A stretch of DNA of 64,000 nucleotides from a virus (IMGVR_UViG_3300036985_006490:98813-162812), one strand, 5' to 3'; shown: positions 39,575-49,844, counted from the first letter of the stretch. Program-made: numbers and translations. Notes: generated by a model from the sequence alone, not told the origin.

Positions 39575-40905
39575 TTTAATAATTCTATTAATTTATGAAA
39601 TCCGATGGGTGGTTTAAATGTAGAATTAAATAGTAATACTTTTGAATTATGTTCTAATGTTGGTCTTAACCACCCAAGCCATTGTAGTTTATCTCGATTT
39701 GATTTTAATGCATTTATTATATCCTTGATCGCATGAAATCTATCATTACTATTCAGATTATCATATGATTCATCTATTAAATCATGAAAAGTTTTATATC
39801 CTAATTTTTTTAATTCTTTCAAAGAACCTTTATTTCCTAAAATGACAAACGGATGTTGGCAGGCGATTGGTTTAAATACTTTTTCACTTAAAAAAACAGT
39901 TTCTTGCCTATCTTCATATTGAGCTTCACTAACTATACTAAACCAAGAATCTAATGTTGCCTGTTCATTCAGATTATCCATGTAAAATCTGAAGGATTCA
40001 ATCTCATTACTAACCCCATATGCATAAGTTGGTAAATCTTTTAGAGCATATTCTATTTTTTCTTTTGATAAAATAGATGAATCAATCATTATATCTGAAC
40101 TAGTATTAAAAGAATTCATACTAACCAATCCATGTTTAAGTAAATCATATTTTTTCAACATATAATAAAACCATATTCTATGATGTCTTGGTTTTTTATT
40201 CAAAAAGTTATAAATTTTAATATTATCAATATTTTTACTTTTATAATCAAGCTGGTCTTGGAAATTTGGAATTTTTGTTAGATTCAAATCAGTTCTGTTT
40301 CGAACTACCTCCGATATATCAAATTCAAAATGAGAATAGGGGATTACTTGTATTAAGTCCTTTATTGAATTTTTTTTACTCCAATCTACCAATCTGTCTT
40401 CTATATCAGAGTTTCCACTAACATATATAATTTGTGTTTGTGATATATTATATTCCAAACATTTCGAATGAAAGTAATCAAAAATAAAATAGTCAAAATA
40501 TCCCTCTTGTGACGAATCAAATAATAAAAATGCTTTTTTATTTTGTAAATCATTTAGATATTTTTCAGATAATTTTGAAAAAAAATCAGGTAAATTTCTT
40601 TCTATTTCTGATTTACCATATCTCCCACCAATCCAATTTTCAGGAGACTGAGTAACTCCAATCGATATAATATATTTTTCATTTATAACTTTATCAGAAT
40701 CATAAATATTAATAAAATATTCATTTCCAAAATATTCTATTGCACCTTCCTCTCCATCTCTTAATTTAGAATAATATACCCGAAGTTGGTTTAATCTATT
40801 TACATAAGGAGACATAACTACTCTTGAAAATCCACTTGTTAGTTTTTCCTCTTCATTATATAAATTTCGTAAATTATTAATATCTTCAAAAACAAAATTT
40901 AACAT
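39571..40905 (-). CDS. Putative glycosyltransferase (same family)
   Basis: NFLNKKPRHHR, SIVSEAQY, LSEKVFKP, GYKTF...DESYD. Confidence 0.55.
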   Translation of the reverse strand: MLNFVFEDINNLRNLYNEEEKLTSGFSRVVMSPYVNRLNQLRVYYSKLRDGEEGAIEYFGNEYFINIYDSDKVINEKYIISIGVTQSPENWIGGRYGKSEIERNLPDFFSKLSEKYLNDLQNKKAFLLFDSSQEGYFDYFIFDYFHSKCLEYNISQTQIIYVSGNSDIEDRLVDWSKKNSIKDLIQVIPYSHFEFDISEVVRNRTDLNLTKIPNFQDQLDYKSKNIDNIKIYNFLNKKPRHHRIWFYYMLKKYDLLKHGLVSMNSFNTSSDIMIDSSILSKEKIEYALKDLPTYAYGVSNEIESFRFYMDNLNEQATLDSWFSIVSEAQYEDRQETVFLSEKVFKPIACQHPFVILGNKGSLKELKKLGYKTFHDLIDESYDNLNSNDRFHAIKDIINALKSNRDKLQWLGWLRPTLEHNSKVLLFNSTFKPPIGFHKLIELLK

Positions 40906-40934
40906 TTATTATAACTTTTTAGAAGTATCATTTA

Positions 40935-42107
40935 TCAAGTTCTATTTTTAATTCTTGTATCTCCATAATGAATTACTTCTATATTATCATTTTTATATTT
41001 TCTCCATGGATCTAACACAATAGAATTTTTCGTAAACTTATAATCGTGATGTTTATCATAATGCCCTAAAAGATATACCGCATCAATAGGTATTTCTGAA
41101 TCGTAAATTACGTTTAAACCCTCTTGTTCAATATAATACCCCACCAATATTGATGATGATCCATCAATATAATCAACATTTGGTTTATATGATTTACCTA
41201 AAATAACCACAGGTAAATTATGTTGTACTGAAAGTTGGATTAGTTTTAATGCCATATTTTTAGCTTGTTTTTCTCTAGCCGTCATAATAGAATCAAACAA
41301 ATCATAACCCAAATTTAATTTTTCCGCTAAAAATCTTAATGCAATATTATCTCTAGGGTGGCAACCTCCACCATCTCCCATACCAGCCTTCATATATGCA
41401 GGCCCTAAGATTCTTTGAGTGCTTCTTTCTAATGCTCCCGTAACAACATCAACATTCATGTTACCGTTTTTTTCAGCAACATCTTGAATCATATTGACAA
41501 GTGCAACTTTAGTTGAAATGAATGTGTTGTAAAAGATTTTAATCCCTTCCGCTTCATCCCATGTACCCACTTCGTATCTAGTCTCGGATTTTACAAATGT
41601 TTTATAAAAATCTATTAGTAATTTAGCGTCTCCAGTTGTGGTTCCATCCTCTGTACCAATAATAATCATTTCAGGATTAACCATATCCCATTTAACAGTA
41701 CCCATAGCAATTAGATATGGATTATATATAAATCTAAAATTATCACATAAACTAATAAATTCTCTTCTAATTGTACCTGGAAGTACTGTGGAGATTAAAA
41801 CAACAAGTTGATTTTTATTAGTATACTTGTTAACCTCAGTCAATACACTTTTAACTATAGAATAATCAAAATCCTTGTTTTCTAAGTGTGATGTAGGGTA
41901 TCTACCATCATAATCAACATGATGTGGTGTTGGGACTGCGACAAAAATTATTTCTCTACCTTTACAGACATTCTCAATAGAATCAACCACATCAAACCTA
42001 TCTGTGTTAACTTTTTGTATATCATAACCAATTACATCGTGATGATATGACATCACTTCCGCAGCATCTTTACCTAATTTTCCAATACCTATGAATCCTA
42101 TTTTCAT
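40935..42107 (-). CDS. UDP-glucose/GDP-mannose 6-dehydrogenase
   Basis: GIGKLG, VPTP, STVLPGT, K..YN...K, GGGCHPRD. Confidence 0.9.
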   Translation of the reverse strand: MKIGFIGIGKLGKDAAEVMSYHHDVIGYDIQKVNTDRFDVVDSIENVCKGREIIFVAVPTPHHVDYDGRYPTSHLENKDFDYSIVKSVLTEVNKYTNKNQLVVLISTVLPGTIRREFISLCDNFRFIYNPYLIAMGTVKWDMVNPEMIIIGTEDGTTTGDAKLLIDFYKTFVKSETRYEVGTWDEAEGIKIFYNTFISTKVALVNMIQDVAEKNGNMNVDVVTGALERSTQRILGPAYMKAGMGDGGGCHPRDNIALRFLAEKLNLGYDLFDSIMTAREKQAKNMALKLIQLSVQHNLPVVILGKSYKPNVDYIDGSSSILVGYYIEQEGLNVIYDSEIPIDAVYLLGHYDKHHDYKFTKNSIVLDPWRKYKNDNIEVIHYGDTRIKNRT

Positions 42108-44386
42108 ATTATACCTAATTTTATTTGATTTATTAATGATAGTATTTCTTTGTAACTATTCATACTATCACCGTTAAAAGTATACTTATGTGTAACCATT
42201 TGAAGATAATTTATTCTATTGTGTTCACAAATTTCAGACATTTCATTTCTAATCTGTTTTAATTCATCAACCGTACTATTTTTAAATTTTTCAATTTCAT
42301 TTATTATCATTTCTGACCTAATACTCATTTCCTCCTCATTGTCGTAACTTTCATCAAACCACTTGTCAAAAGTTTTGAACCCAAGTTCTTTTAGTTTTTT
42401 GAGAGTCCCTTTATTACCTAGTACCATAAATGGGTGACCGCACGAAATAGGTTTCCATATTTTTTCAGATAAAAAAAGTGTAAACTTATCTGTCAAACTT
42501 TCAGTCACAATCGAAATAAATGTATCTTCGTGGTCTTGAATTGTAATCTCATTTGCCCAATTATATTCTAACCCTCTATCAATTTCAATTGGTGCTCTTT
42601 TTTGTAATTGATTAATTGGGTGATCCTCGGGTAAATCTTGAACATATTGAAATTGATTCAAACTCACCTTACCTATATCTAATAGTCCTTTTGATAAAAT
42701 ATTAGACAAAAAATGTACTCTGTGAGGTCTAACATTTCTATTGTAGGATAAATACAGAAATTTATTATCTCTTGGATTGAATTGAATTGGTTCGGTTCTT
42801 TCTCTCATCACATGATAATTAACCCAATTATCAAAAATTGAAATCGGAATACATTTAAAGTCCATTCCTTTGCTTTTTGCAATTTCTTCAATAATTAAAT
42901 TACCACTTAATAAGAAAACAAATTTTGATGGAATATCTAATTCTTTTATCCAAGAATTTAATATTTCTAAATCATTATTATTTTCAGATCCAATATAACC
43001 TTCCAAACCGTTTACTAAAACTAATTTACATAATCCTGATTTTATATCTTTTATATATTTTTCTGAAATACACTTGAATCCAATTTTTTCGTTTCTTACA
43101 AAAAAATTAGGGTGAAAAACATTTATAAGATAAATGTATGTTTCATCATTTATTTTTTCCTTTAGTTCCTGATGAACCTGATGTTCCGCTAGTTCCTGAT
43201 GAACCATATGTTCCACTAGTTCCTGATGAACCACTTGTTCCTGAAGTGCCGTCTGTACCACTTGAACCTGAGGTTCCGCTTGTCTAAAATCTACAAATTC
43301 TTCATAAAAATTTGGCGCTACTTGGTCTTTATATGTATTATATCCGAAAAGTTTATAGTTACTATTCACATCCATCAAATTCCATGCCCCCCACATTTTG
43401 GGTATATCTAGTCTCCCCTCTTCTTCCAAATACCAAGTTCTACTTGACCCATTTGGCCTTGGGCAACCTAATATCGAATCGTATTCTTCTAACCCGAAAA
43501 CAAGTTTTTCTTTAAAGAATATCTCATATATACCCCTTTCCAATAATTTTGGTGAAAAGTTTAAAATATATTTTTCTAAATTATCAAAACTTACATAATA
43601 AGATCTAAATTCTAGTCCATCATCCACAAAATCTATATCAATTTTTTTATCTATTGATTGTTCAATTTTATTTATTAATTGTCTTTTAGTTATATTAAAT
43701 TTAGTATAACCGACATTTATTACTTTATTTTCTATATTTTGTGTACATAATCTAAAAATAATTTCTGAACAATCTCTAACATTTAAATTTGGCCGATAAG
43801 CTTCTGGCTCATATATCTGAATCTTTTTATTATTTTTGACATCGTTTACTATATTATTTATTAACAAATCATCCCTTTCAATAATTCCTACACCATATAA
43901 TGTTGATAATCTTACAATTAAATAATTTTCAATACCCGAGTTTAAAATTTGTTTTTCTCCTTCTATTTTTAATTTAGAGTACATTGTCGTTGGTATTAAT
44001 TCGGTGTTTTCATCAACAACCTCATTGGTATTACCATAAACACTACAACTACTGAAGAATATTAACTTGTAATTAGGTGATACCTTTCTAACACATTTCA
44101 ATGTGTTATCCATTAATAAAATCTCGGAGGCAATGTGTAAGTCGTCCCTAATTTCACTAAATCTTGGTGATGCCATATACAAAACACAATCGATATTTTG
44201 AAGTTTATCCAAATGATTTGTTATGTTTGTGAGGTCATCCTTAATATATGTTACATTTTGCGGATTATCCTTCACATTCCAATACTTAAAAGTATCATAC
44301 ACAATGACTTCCTGTCTTCTTTCCGAAATTAATTCGGACAATACACTACCGAGGTAACCACCGCCTCCTAATAATAAAAATTTCAT
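42104..44386 (-). CDS. Fusion: NAD-dependent sugar epimerase + putative glycosyltransferase, carrying a 39-aa repeat-derived insert
   Basis: GGGGYLGS, SSCSVYG, YSKLK, RLSTLYG; C-terminal SYNRNVRPHR...SIVTES...LSEKIWKP. Confidence 0.8.
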   Translation of the reverse strand: MKFLLLGGGGYLGSVLSELISERRQEVIVYDTFKYWNVKDNPQNVTYIKDDLTNITNHLDKLQNIDCVLYMASPRFSEIRDDLHIASEILLMDNTLKCVRKVSPNYKLIFFSSCSVYGNTNEVVDENTELIPTTMYSKLKIEGEKQILNSGIENYLIVRLSTLYGVGIIERDDLLINNIVNDVKNNKKIQIYEPEAYRPNLNVRDCSEIIFRLCTQNIENKVINVGYTKFNITKRQLINKIEQSIDKKIDIDFVDDGLEFRSYYVSFDNLEKYILNFSPKLLERGIYEIFFKEKLVFGLEEYDSILGCPRPNGSSRTWYLEEEGRLDIPKMWGAWNLMDVNSNYKLFGYNTYKDQVAPNFYEEFVDFRQAEPQVQVVQTALQEQVVHQELVEHMVHQELAEHQVHQELKEKINDETYIYLINVFHPNFFVRNEKIGFKCISEKYIKDIKSGLCKLVLVNGLEGYIGSENNNDLEILNSWIKELDIPSKFVFLLSGNLIIEEIAKSKGMDFKCIPISIFDNWVNYHVMRERTEPIQFNPRDNKFLYLSYNRNVRPHRVHFLSNILSKGLLDIGKVSLNQFQYVQDLPEDHPINQLQKRAPIEIDRGLEYNWANEITIQDHEDTFISIVTESLTDKFTLFLSEKIWKPISCGHPFMVLGNKGTLKKLKELGFKTFDKWFDESYDNEEEMSIRSEMIINEIEKFKNSTVDELKQIRNEMSEICEHNRINYLQMVTHKYTFNGDSMNSYKEILSLINQIKLGII
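43163..43279 (-). repeat. Isolated 117-bp copy of the tail-fibre Gly-X-Ser repeat unit
   Basis: gttcctgatgaacc and cacttgaacctgaggttccgct motifs match 62.8-64 kb; abrupt GC rise within an AT-rich gene. Confidence 0.9.
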
Positions 44387-44387
44387 A

Positions 44388-45398
44388 TTAATCTCTTGAT
44401 AATTCTGTTGTTACACAATGAAATGACCCACCCAAAGTTCTAGAGTGTCTTATTTTACAATCCAATGTGTCAATATTATATTTTTTTAATTCTTTTATTA
44501 AATCTATTTGTCTGTTGTCCACAATTACAGTATTCTCATCAATAGATAATAAATTAACACCAATCCAAACAGATGCTCTTATTGTTTTATGATACCCAAT
44601 GTCAACCATAGGCGGACACCATATTTTATCCCATGATTTTAAAAAATCAGGTATATTATTTTCATTTACTCTTTCAGGATTTAGTAAACAAAGCCCTTCA
44701 CGTAATAATGCAATTGTTGAATCTATGTGAATATAAGAATATACGTTTTCGATAGTATGTACTCTATATTCTTTCCCTAAAAAATTTTGTAACCATTTGG
44801 CTCCCTTTAAATTCCCAGTATTAGACACCAAATACAATATATCATTATTACACCTAAGTATATTAGCAGCATCAAATACGGGTTCGTGGTTATTCAAAGT
44901 AATTTTAGATAAATCTTCTCTTTGATACATTGAATCTAACAATCTTGGTTTGGGGGCACTAACCCAATTGGCTCCCTCTTCCATTTTTTCTATAAAAATG
45001 TCCCTAAAACAATCGGTTTCGAATTGTCTCGATCTGAGAGACATAGGAGATTCTAATATATTATTACCAATTACGGTTACAGTGTCTCGTGGGCAAAATG
45101 TATAATACTGTGTTGTTTCCCAATAACCGTTGGAAACAACTTTTTGTGTGTCAATCGGGGATGGTCTATGAACCTTTACCCCAATATTAGTTAGTAAACT
45201 GGAAAGATTTTCTAAATCCTCTTGTGTTTCGTCATAAACCTGTTTATCCCAAAAACCAATTTCGTCATTTGGTATCTCAGTTTCAGTCGCATAATTAATA
45301 CAATGCAAATCTTTACCGTGAGTAGGCATGTTTGCATTATCAATTGTTCCAACAATTATTTCTTTTAATTTACCCCATTCATTATTAACCGAGACCAT
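44388..45398 (-). CDS. Amidinotransferase (glycine / inosamine-phosphate amidinotransferase family)
   Basis: NEWGKLKEIIVG, CPRD, FDAAN, HIDSTI, LGGSFHCVT. Confidence 0.9.
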   Translation of the reverse strand: MVSVNNEWGKLKEIIVGTIDNANMPTHGKDLHCINYATETEIPNDEIGFWDKQVYDETQEDLENLSSLLTNIGVKVHRPSPIDTQKVVSNGYWETTQYYTFCPRDTVTVIGNNILESPMSLRSRQFETDCFRDIFIEKMEEGANWVSAPKPRLLDSMYQREDLSKITLNNHEPVFDAANILRCNNDILYLVSNTGNLKGAKWLQNFLGKEYRVHTIENVYSYIHIDSTIALLREGLCLLNPERVNENNIPDFLKSWDKIWCPPMVDIGYHKTIRASVWIGVNLLSIDENTVIVDNRQIDLIKELKKYNIDTLDCKIRHSRTLGGSFHCVTTELSRD

Positions 45399-46239
45399 TC
45401 GAATTTAATTTTTTTATCAGATGTTTTATTACTATGTCTTGTGAATCTTTACCATTATGCCCACAATCTCTGGCTTTACCTTGACTATCATCAATTACAT
45501 TTATTAAATCAACATTATTAGAAATAAAAGATTCCTTATGTATCATTTCAAAATCAGTAGAATAAGTCCAATGTAAAACTTTGACTCCCACGGATTTCCA
45601 AAGAGCATCTACCGTCATTGGACAAAAATTAGTATTTTTTATCAATTCCCCACGATTTTCTAAATAACTATGATAATACCATTTACCATATTCTAATGAA
45701 TTTTGTGGATGCCAGTCTTCAGGCAATGCTCCCGAAAATGATTCAAATTCTATCCCATTATAGTTATTTGTTTTAAATGCGTATACTATTCTGTGTATTT
45801 CAGGCCATTGATAAACCGCTAGCTTAGGTAGTTTATTTAATTTTGAAACATGATTAAAAAATAAAATTGTGTTATACATTTGAAAATCAGCACTTGTTCC
45901 TCCCGCCCCCAAATTAAAAATATCTAAATTTAAAGTCTTAGACAACTTAGTAGACCACATATCATCATAATGTAACCCAATACCTTCTGTATATGAACAC
46001 CCAAATGTTAATAGATAATCTTTGTCTAAGTCATCAAATTCTTTTGTCCTATATCCCCATGAATTGAATTTATATTCAATTTCATTGTCATAATAATACC
46101 AATCGGACCCTTTTTCGTTTTTGTTTTTTTGATAAAGTTCTTCATAATCTGTTGCATGAAAGTACTTTTTTTGGTTAGATAAACCAAAATTCTTTATTAT
46201 AGGGGCTTCATTTGTAATTCTGAAAACTGACATCTCCAA
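45385..46239 (-). CDS. SGNH-like protein
   Basis: NSWGYR, FGCSYTEGIG, NLGAGGTS, ARDCGHNG. Confidence 0.65.
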   Translation of the reverse strand: MEMSVFRITNEAPIIKNFGLSNQKKYFHATDYEELYQKNKNEKGSDWYYYDNEIEYKFNSWGYRTKEFDDLDKDYLLTFGCSYTEGIGLHYDDMWSTKLSKTLNLDIFNLGAGGTSADFQMYNTILFFNHVSKLNKLPKLAVYQWPEIHRIVYAFKTNNYNGIEFESFSGALPEDWHPQNSLEYGKWYYHSYLENRGELIKNTNFCPMTVDALWKSVGVKVLHWTYSTDFEMIHKESFISNNVDLINVIDDSQGKARDCGHNGKDSQDIVIKHLIKKLNSNGLG

Positions 46240-48116
46240 TATCTATTTTTTCTTTGATAATGATATGATGTATGATAAAAAGTTTTTTCATCAAATTTTA
46301 CCCCACTATCATAGTGATTTAAATATAATAAATTTTCTTCTAAATTTAAACAATACTTTAAAGTATCTTTTGAGTACTTTTTGGCCATGGGATATGAAAT
46401 TCTATAATCAAAACACATGTCCATATTTAATTGAATTACGTCTTCTAAGTCCATATTAAACTCATCATTAATAAATTTTAAAAATTCTTGACGTAAGGTT
46501 TCCCTGTTTTGATGGAAAACAATACTTGTGGCGCTTTTGTACTCCCAAAATATGTCATTTTCACCTGATACTTGTCTACCCCAAAACCCATTATTATAGA
46601 ACACAGATTTCAAAGATTCATCTGTTTTTTTTATTTCAGACCCTATTAAAGTTTCGGGATTATTAGTAAAATATAATAACATTTTTTCAATCACATCAAT
46701 ATGTTTGTATTCATATTTATTAAAAAGATATTCTAATAGATAATGCCCCCACCCGTAATAATATAAAACAATTAATAAATGTGAAAATGAGTGTCCTTTA
46801 AAAACATCCTCTTCACTTGCAGTACTAGTTGCTTTTACCCCCCAAGTATGTTCTACAATGTAGTTTTCCAAATCTTCAACACTTAAATAAAACGTGTCTA
46901 AAGGAACCGTTTCATATTTTAAACCATGTTTTTCCATATACCATGGTTGACCCATTGTGGCGTTGTACGTTAACACTAATGGATGAACCATTAAAAAATC
47001 TTTTTGTCCTAAATCAATTAATTTTTGGATTCCTATTTTTAATGTATCATAGGTTTCGTTCGGCATTGGCCAAATTAATTCACTGTACGTCGAAATATTT
47101 TGTTCCCTATATTTTTGTAAATAAGAGTACACTTTATCTTGTTTTAAATTAAATCTATTCGTTGCTAGTAATGTGTCAGTGTTGAAACTTTGCATCGCAA
47201 ATGTAATTCCCTTAAAAAGTCTGCTTTTAGCATCATTATCCATAGTGGCAATTTCATATATTTGTTCAACATTTGATTTAGCCCACGTTACATCCCAAAA
47301 TTTAGGGTATCCAGTCTCTAACTTTTTTTGAATGACATATTTTGTAATGTCTTTGTCTCTTTCCATCATCCCCCAATTTGAATCACAAACACTGACATAT
47401 TCAATTTTTTTATCGGACATCCAATCTATTTCTTTATACACTCTCTCTAAATCAAATGTTTTGATTTTTTGCCAATATTCATCACCAATATCACAGAAAG
47501 CACATTTATATGGACACCCCCTCAGTGTTTCATATGTCACCTGCCATATTTGATCCCCAATTTCTTTTTCTACTTTTTCAATAATCCAATCATAAAATCC
47601 AGAAAGTATTGGACTTGGTATTATTTCTAAATTATTTAATCTTGATGGCTGCTCACATAATTTTCCACTTTTTGGAAACACATGTGGTATATTATCATAA
47701 TTTTCATTTTTTAGATATCTTTCTAAGATTTCTTTAAATGCAATTTCACCCTCACCAAGAACCGCGATATCAAACATTTCATTTTTCTTAAAGAAATCCA
47801 CATCTCTTTTATCGACGTTTGGTCCTCCTGTTATAATTAAACAATTAGGATATTTTTTCTTTATTTCTTTTGATAGTTCTCGATTGTAATTCCAATTCCA
47901 AACATAGCTACTAAGGGCAACAACATGTGGTTCAAAATCTATACTTTCAACGTATTTTTTTGGAGTTTTTTTTTCAATGATTACATCCGAAACCCTGAAA
48001 TTGTTTTTTACTATTTCACTTGTCTGCGCGTACATCCATTGATAACTGATAGCAAGTGGCAAAAAACTATTAGGCCCGTACTTATCAACGACCTGTACCA
48101 ATAGTAAATTATTCAT
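46197..48116 (-). CDS. Cobalamin-binding-type (class B) radical SAM protein
   Basis: SYVWN...GGP...GEGE B12-binding-like domain; ETLRGCPYKCAFC. Confidence 0.85.
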   Translation of the reverse strand: MNNLLLVQVVDKYGPNSFLPLAISYQWMYAQTSEIVKNNFRVSDVIIEKKTPKKYVESIDFEPHVVALSSYVWNWNYNRELSKEIKKKYPNCLIITGGPNVDKRDVDFFKKNEMFDIAVLGEGEIAFKEILERYLKNENYDNIPHVFPKSGKLCEQPSRLNNLEIIPSPILSGFYDWIIEKVEKEIGDQIWQVTYETLRGCPYKCAFCDIGDEYWQKIKTFDLERVYKEIDWMSDKKIEYVSVCDSNWGMMERDKDITKYVIQKKLETGYPKFWDVTWAKSNVEQIYEIATMDNDAKSRLFKGITFAMQSFNTDTLLATNRFNLKQDKVYSYLQKYREQNISTYSELIWPMPNETYDTLKIGIQKLIDLGQKDFLMVHPLVLTYNATMGQPWYMEKHGLKYETVPLDTFYLSVEDLENYIVEHTWGVKATSTASEEDVFKGHSFSHLLIVLYYYGWGHYLLEYLFNKYEYKHIDVIEKMLLYFTNNPETLIGSEIKKTDESLKSVFYNNGFWGRQVSGENDIFWEYKSATSIVFHQNRETLRQEFLKFINDEFNMDLEDVIQLNMDMCFDYRISYPMAKKYSKDTLKYCLNLEENLLYLNHYDSGVKFDEKTFYHTSYHYQRKNRYWRCQFSELQMKPL

Positions 48117-48795
48117 TTATAAAAACAGTATTCAATCTTAAATCTTTATAACTTTTATAACTGTGGGAATCATCATTAATTTCAGATATTTTACTCATAA
48201 GGATTAGACCCCTCGCGGCGTCTTCTGGTGTCATATACATGTGCCAACCACAAAATTCAATATCATCATTCATATAGTTTTTTTCTAAATTACGGCCATC
48301 ATAACAAGCCCTTTTGAACCATTTATATGCCTCGTAATCATCACACAAAATTGCCCCACCTCTTCCAATTGGTAGTCTTTTTTTCATTTGAAATGATAAT
48401 GATTGAAATCCTCCTTGGTACATACCTTTTGTCCACCTTCCTGCTCCGTCCCAAACGTCAAGTGGTTCTAATTTATAGACTCCTGACCACTCGTTTTCGA
48501 TGAATTCAAATTCATAGCCCGCATGTAAAATTTGCATCGGTACCGATGCATATGTGTAATACGGTATTTTTAATTTTTGTGGTTTATTTATATATTTTAA
48601 AATGAGAAATAGAGCATTACTACAACAATCAACCGCAACCGCGTATTTCGACCCACAAAAATCAGCAATCTTAGATTCAAAAATAGTAACTATTTCATTT
48701 GGGTTATTCCAATGATAACCTATTTTTAAAATTTCTTTTAATTCAGGTCTTTCTAATTCTTCGGGTAATTGCCCTAATGGCCATTCTTTGTACAT
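48109..48795 (-). CDS. Short DegT-family aminotransferase
   Basis: FE..IA...GSKYAVAVDCCSNAL, TYASVP, SFQMKKRLPIGRGGAIL. Confidence 0.75.
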   Translation of the reverse strand: MYKEWPLGQLPEELERPELKEILKIGYHWNNPNEIVTIFESKIADFCGSKYAVAVDCCSNALFLILKYINKPQKLKIPYYTYASVPMQILHAGYEFEFIENEWSGVYKLEPLDVWDGAGRWTKGMYQGGFQSLSFQMKKRLPIGRGGAILCDDYEAYKWFKRACYDGRNLEKNYMNDDIEFCGWHMYMTPEDAARGLILMSKISEINDDSHSYKSYKDLRLNTVFINE

Positions 48796-48796
48796 T

Positions 48797-49840
48797 CTAA
48801 ATTATTTTTAGTGTTTTAAGATATTTCTCCCTAATTGTTTTTTCCCAATCATCTGTAACAAACACACTTTCTTTATTTGTATAATTTTCGGCAAAAATTG
48901 ACCATGTTGATGTTGGTACCTTCACCAAAAAAGAAGTGTATGACAAAGAAAATAAATCGACTAAATTTTCTACAACATTACCATAAGCAAAATCACTTTT
49001 TTTAAATCCTGAATTTAAAATATAATCATAAACAACATTTAATACAAAAGTCTTATCTATTAAATTATTTTTATATTTGTTATAAAAATAATCCATAATA
49101 TCATTTGAAACATCCGTGCTAATATAAAATTTTTGATTTGGATTTATTTTTAACATATTATCCATAATGTTAAAATATAAATTATCTTTATGAAATGAAT
49201 ATGCTGAATGTGATTGTTTTGATATTGTTCTTTTAATTAAACTAAATTTATCTCTTTTATTTTCAGGAAGACTATTCAAATCATCTATAGTATATGGTAT
49301 ACCATTACCTCTTCTAATATGAATACCAACAACATTTTTCATTTCATGTATAATCGACTCTTCGACACTCTTATGTTTTAGTTTTATCTTCGATAACGGT
49401 CTTTCAATACTTTCAAAATCTTTCTGTAAATATAGATTTGATAATTCTCTATACCCAAAATTACTATAATAATGCCCCTTATCTTCAAGTTTTAGGTTAC
49501 TGTATTTAAACATTTTTTCTATGTTATCGGTGGGTAATGGAATTGCTGTGTTTATCTTTTTATTAATTGTATCATACACGGCAATAAATTTTAATTTTTC
49601 AACTTCATATGAGTCACCTTCAACATTTGATATTATTTTCGTTGTCGGTAAATCCAATAATTTATGTTCTGGCCAGTATTTTTTTTCTAATAAAATAAAA
49701 TATTTAAAATCATTTTGTTTATTAATTTCATAGGCCAGCTCCCAATGAAATATTCTATTACACAGACCAGTATCTGCTGTAAATTCGTCCCAACCCCCAA
49801 ACGGCTCTAACCACCTTAATGTTCTTTCGTATTCTGCCAC
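48797..49840 (-). CDS. GT11/O-fucosyltransferase-like glycosyltransferase
   Basis: GLCNR, VGIHIRRG, FYISTD, VDLFSLS, STWS. Confidence 0.65.
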   Translation of the reverse strand: MAEYERTLRWLEPFGGWDEFTADTGLCNRIFHWELAYEINKQNDFKYFILLEKKYWPEHKLLDLPTTKIISNVEGDSYEVEKLKFIAVYDTINKKINTAIPLPTDNIEKMFKYSNLKLEDKGHYYSNFGYRELSNLYLQKDFESIERPLSKIKLKHKSVEESIIHEMKNVVGIHIRRGNGIPYTIDDLNSLPENKRDKFSLIKRTISKQSHSAYSFHKDNLYFNIMDNMLKINPNQKFYISTDVSNDIMDYFYNKYKNNLIDKTFVLNVVYDYILNSGFKKSDFAYGNVVENLVDLFSLSYTSFLVKVPTSTWSIFAENYTNKESVFVTDDWEKTIREKYLKTLKII

Positions 49841-49844
49841 CTAA

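Noticed and set aside
43163-43279. Diversity-generating retroelement TR/VR pair with the tail fibre
   Set aside because: No reverse transcriptase in the window, and the differences are not adenine-specific.
26182-45398. Saxitoxin-like cluster (carbamoyltransferase, amidinotransferase, PhyH, PFIY peptide)
   Set aside because: No SxtA-type PKS or other core genes; the context is NDP-sugar metabolism.
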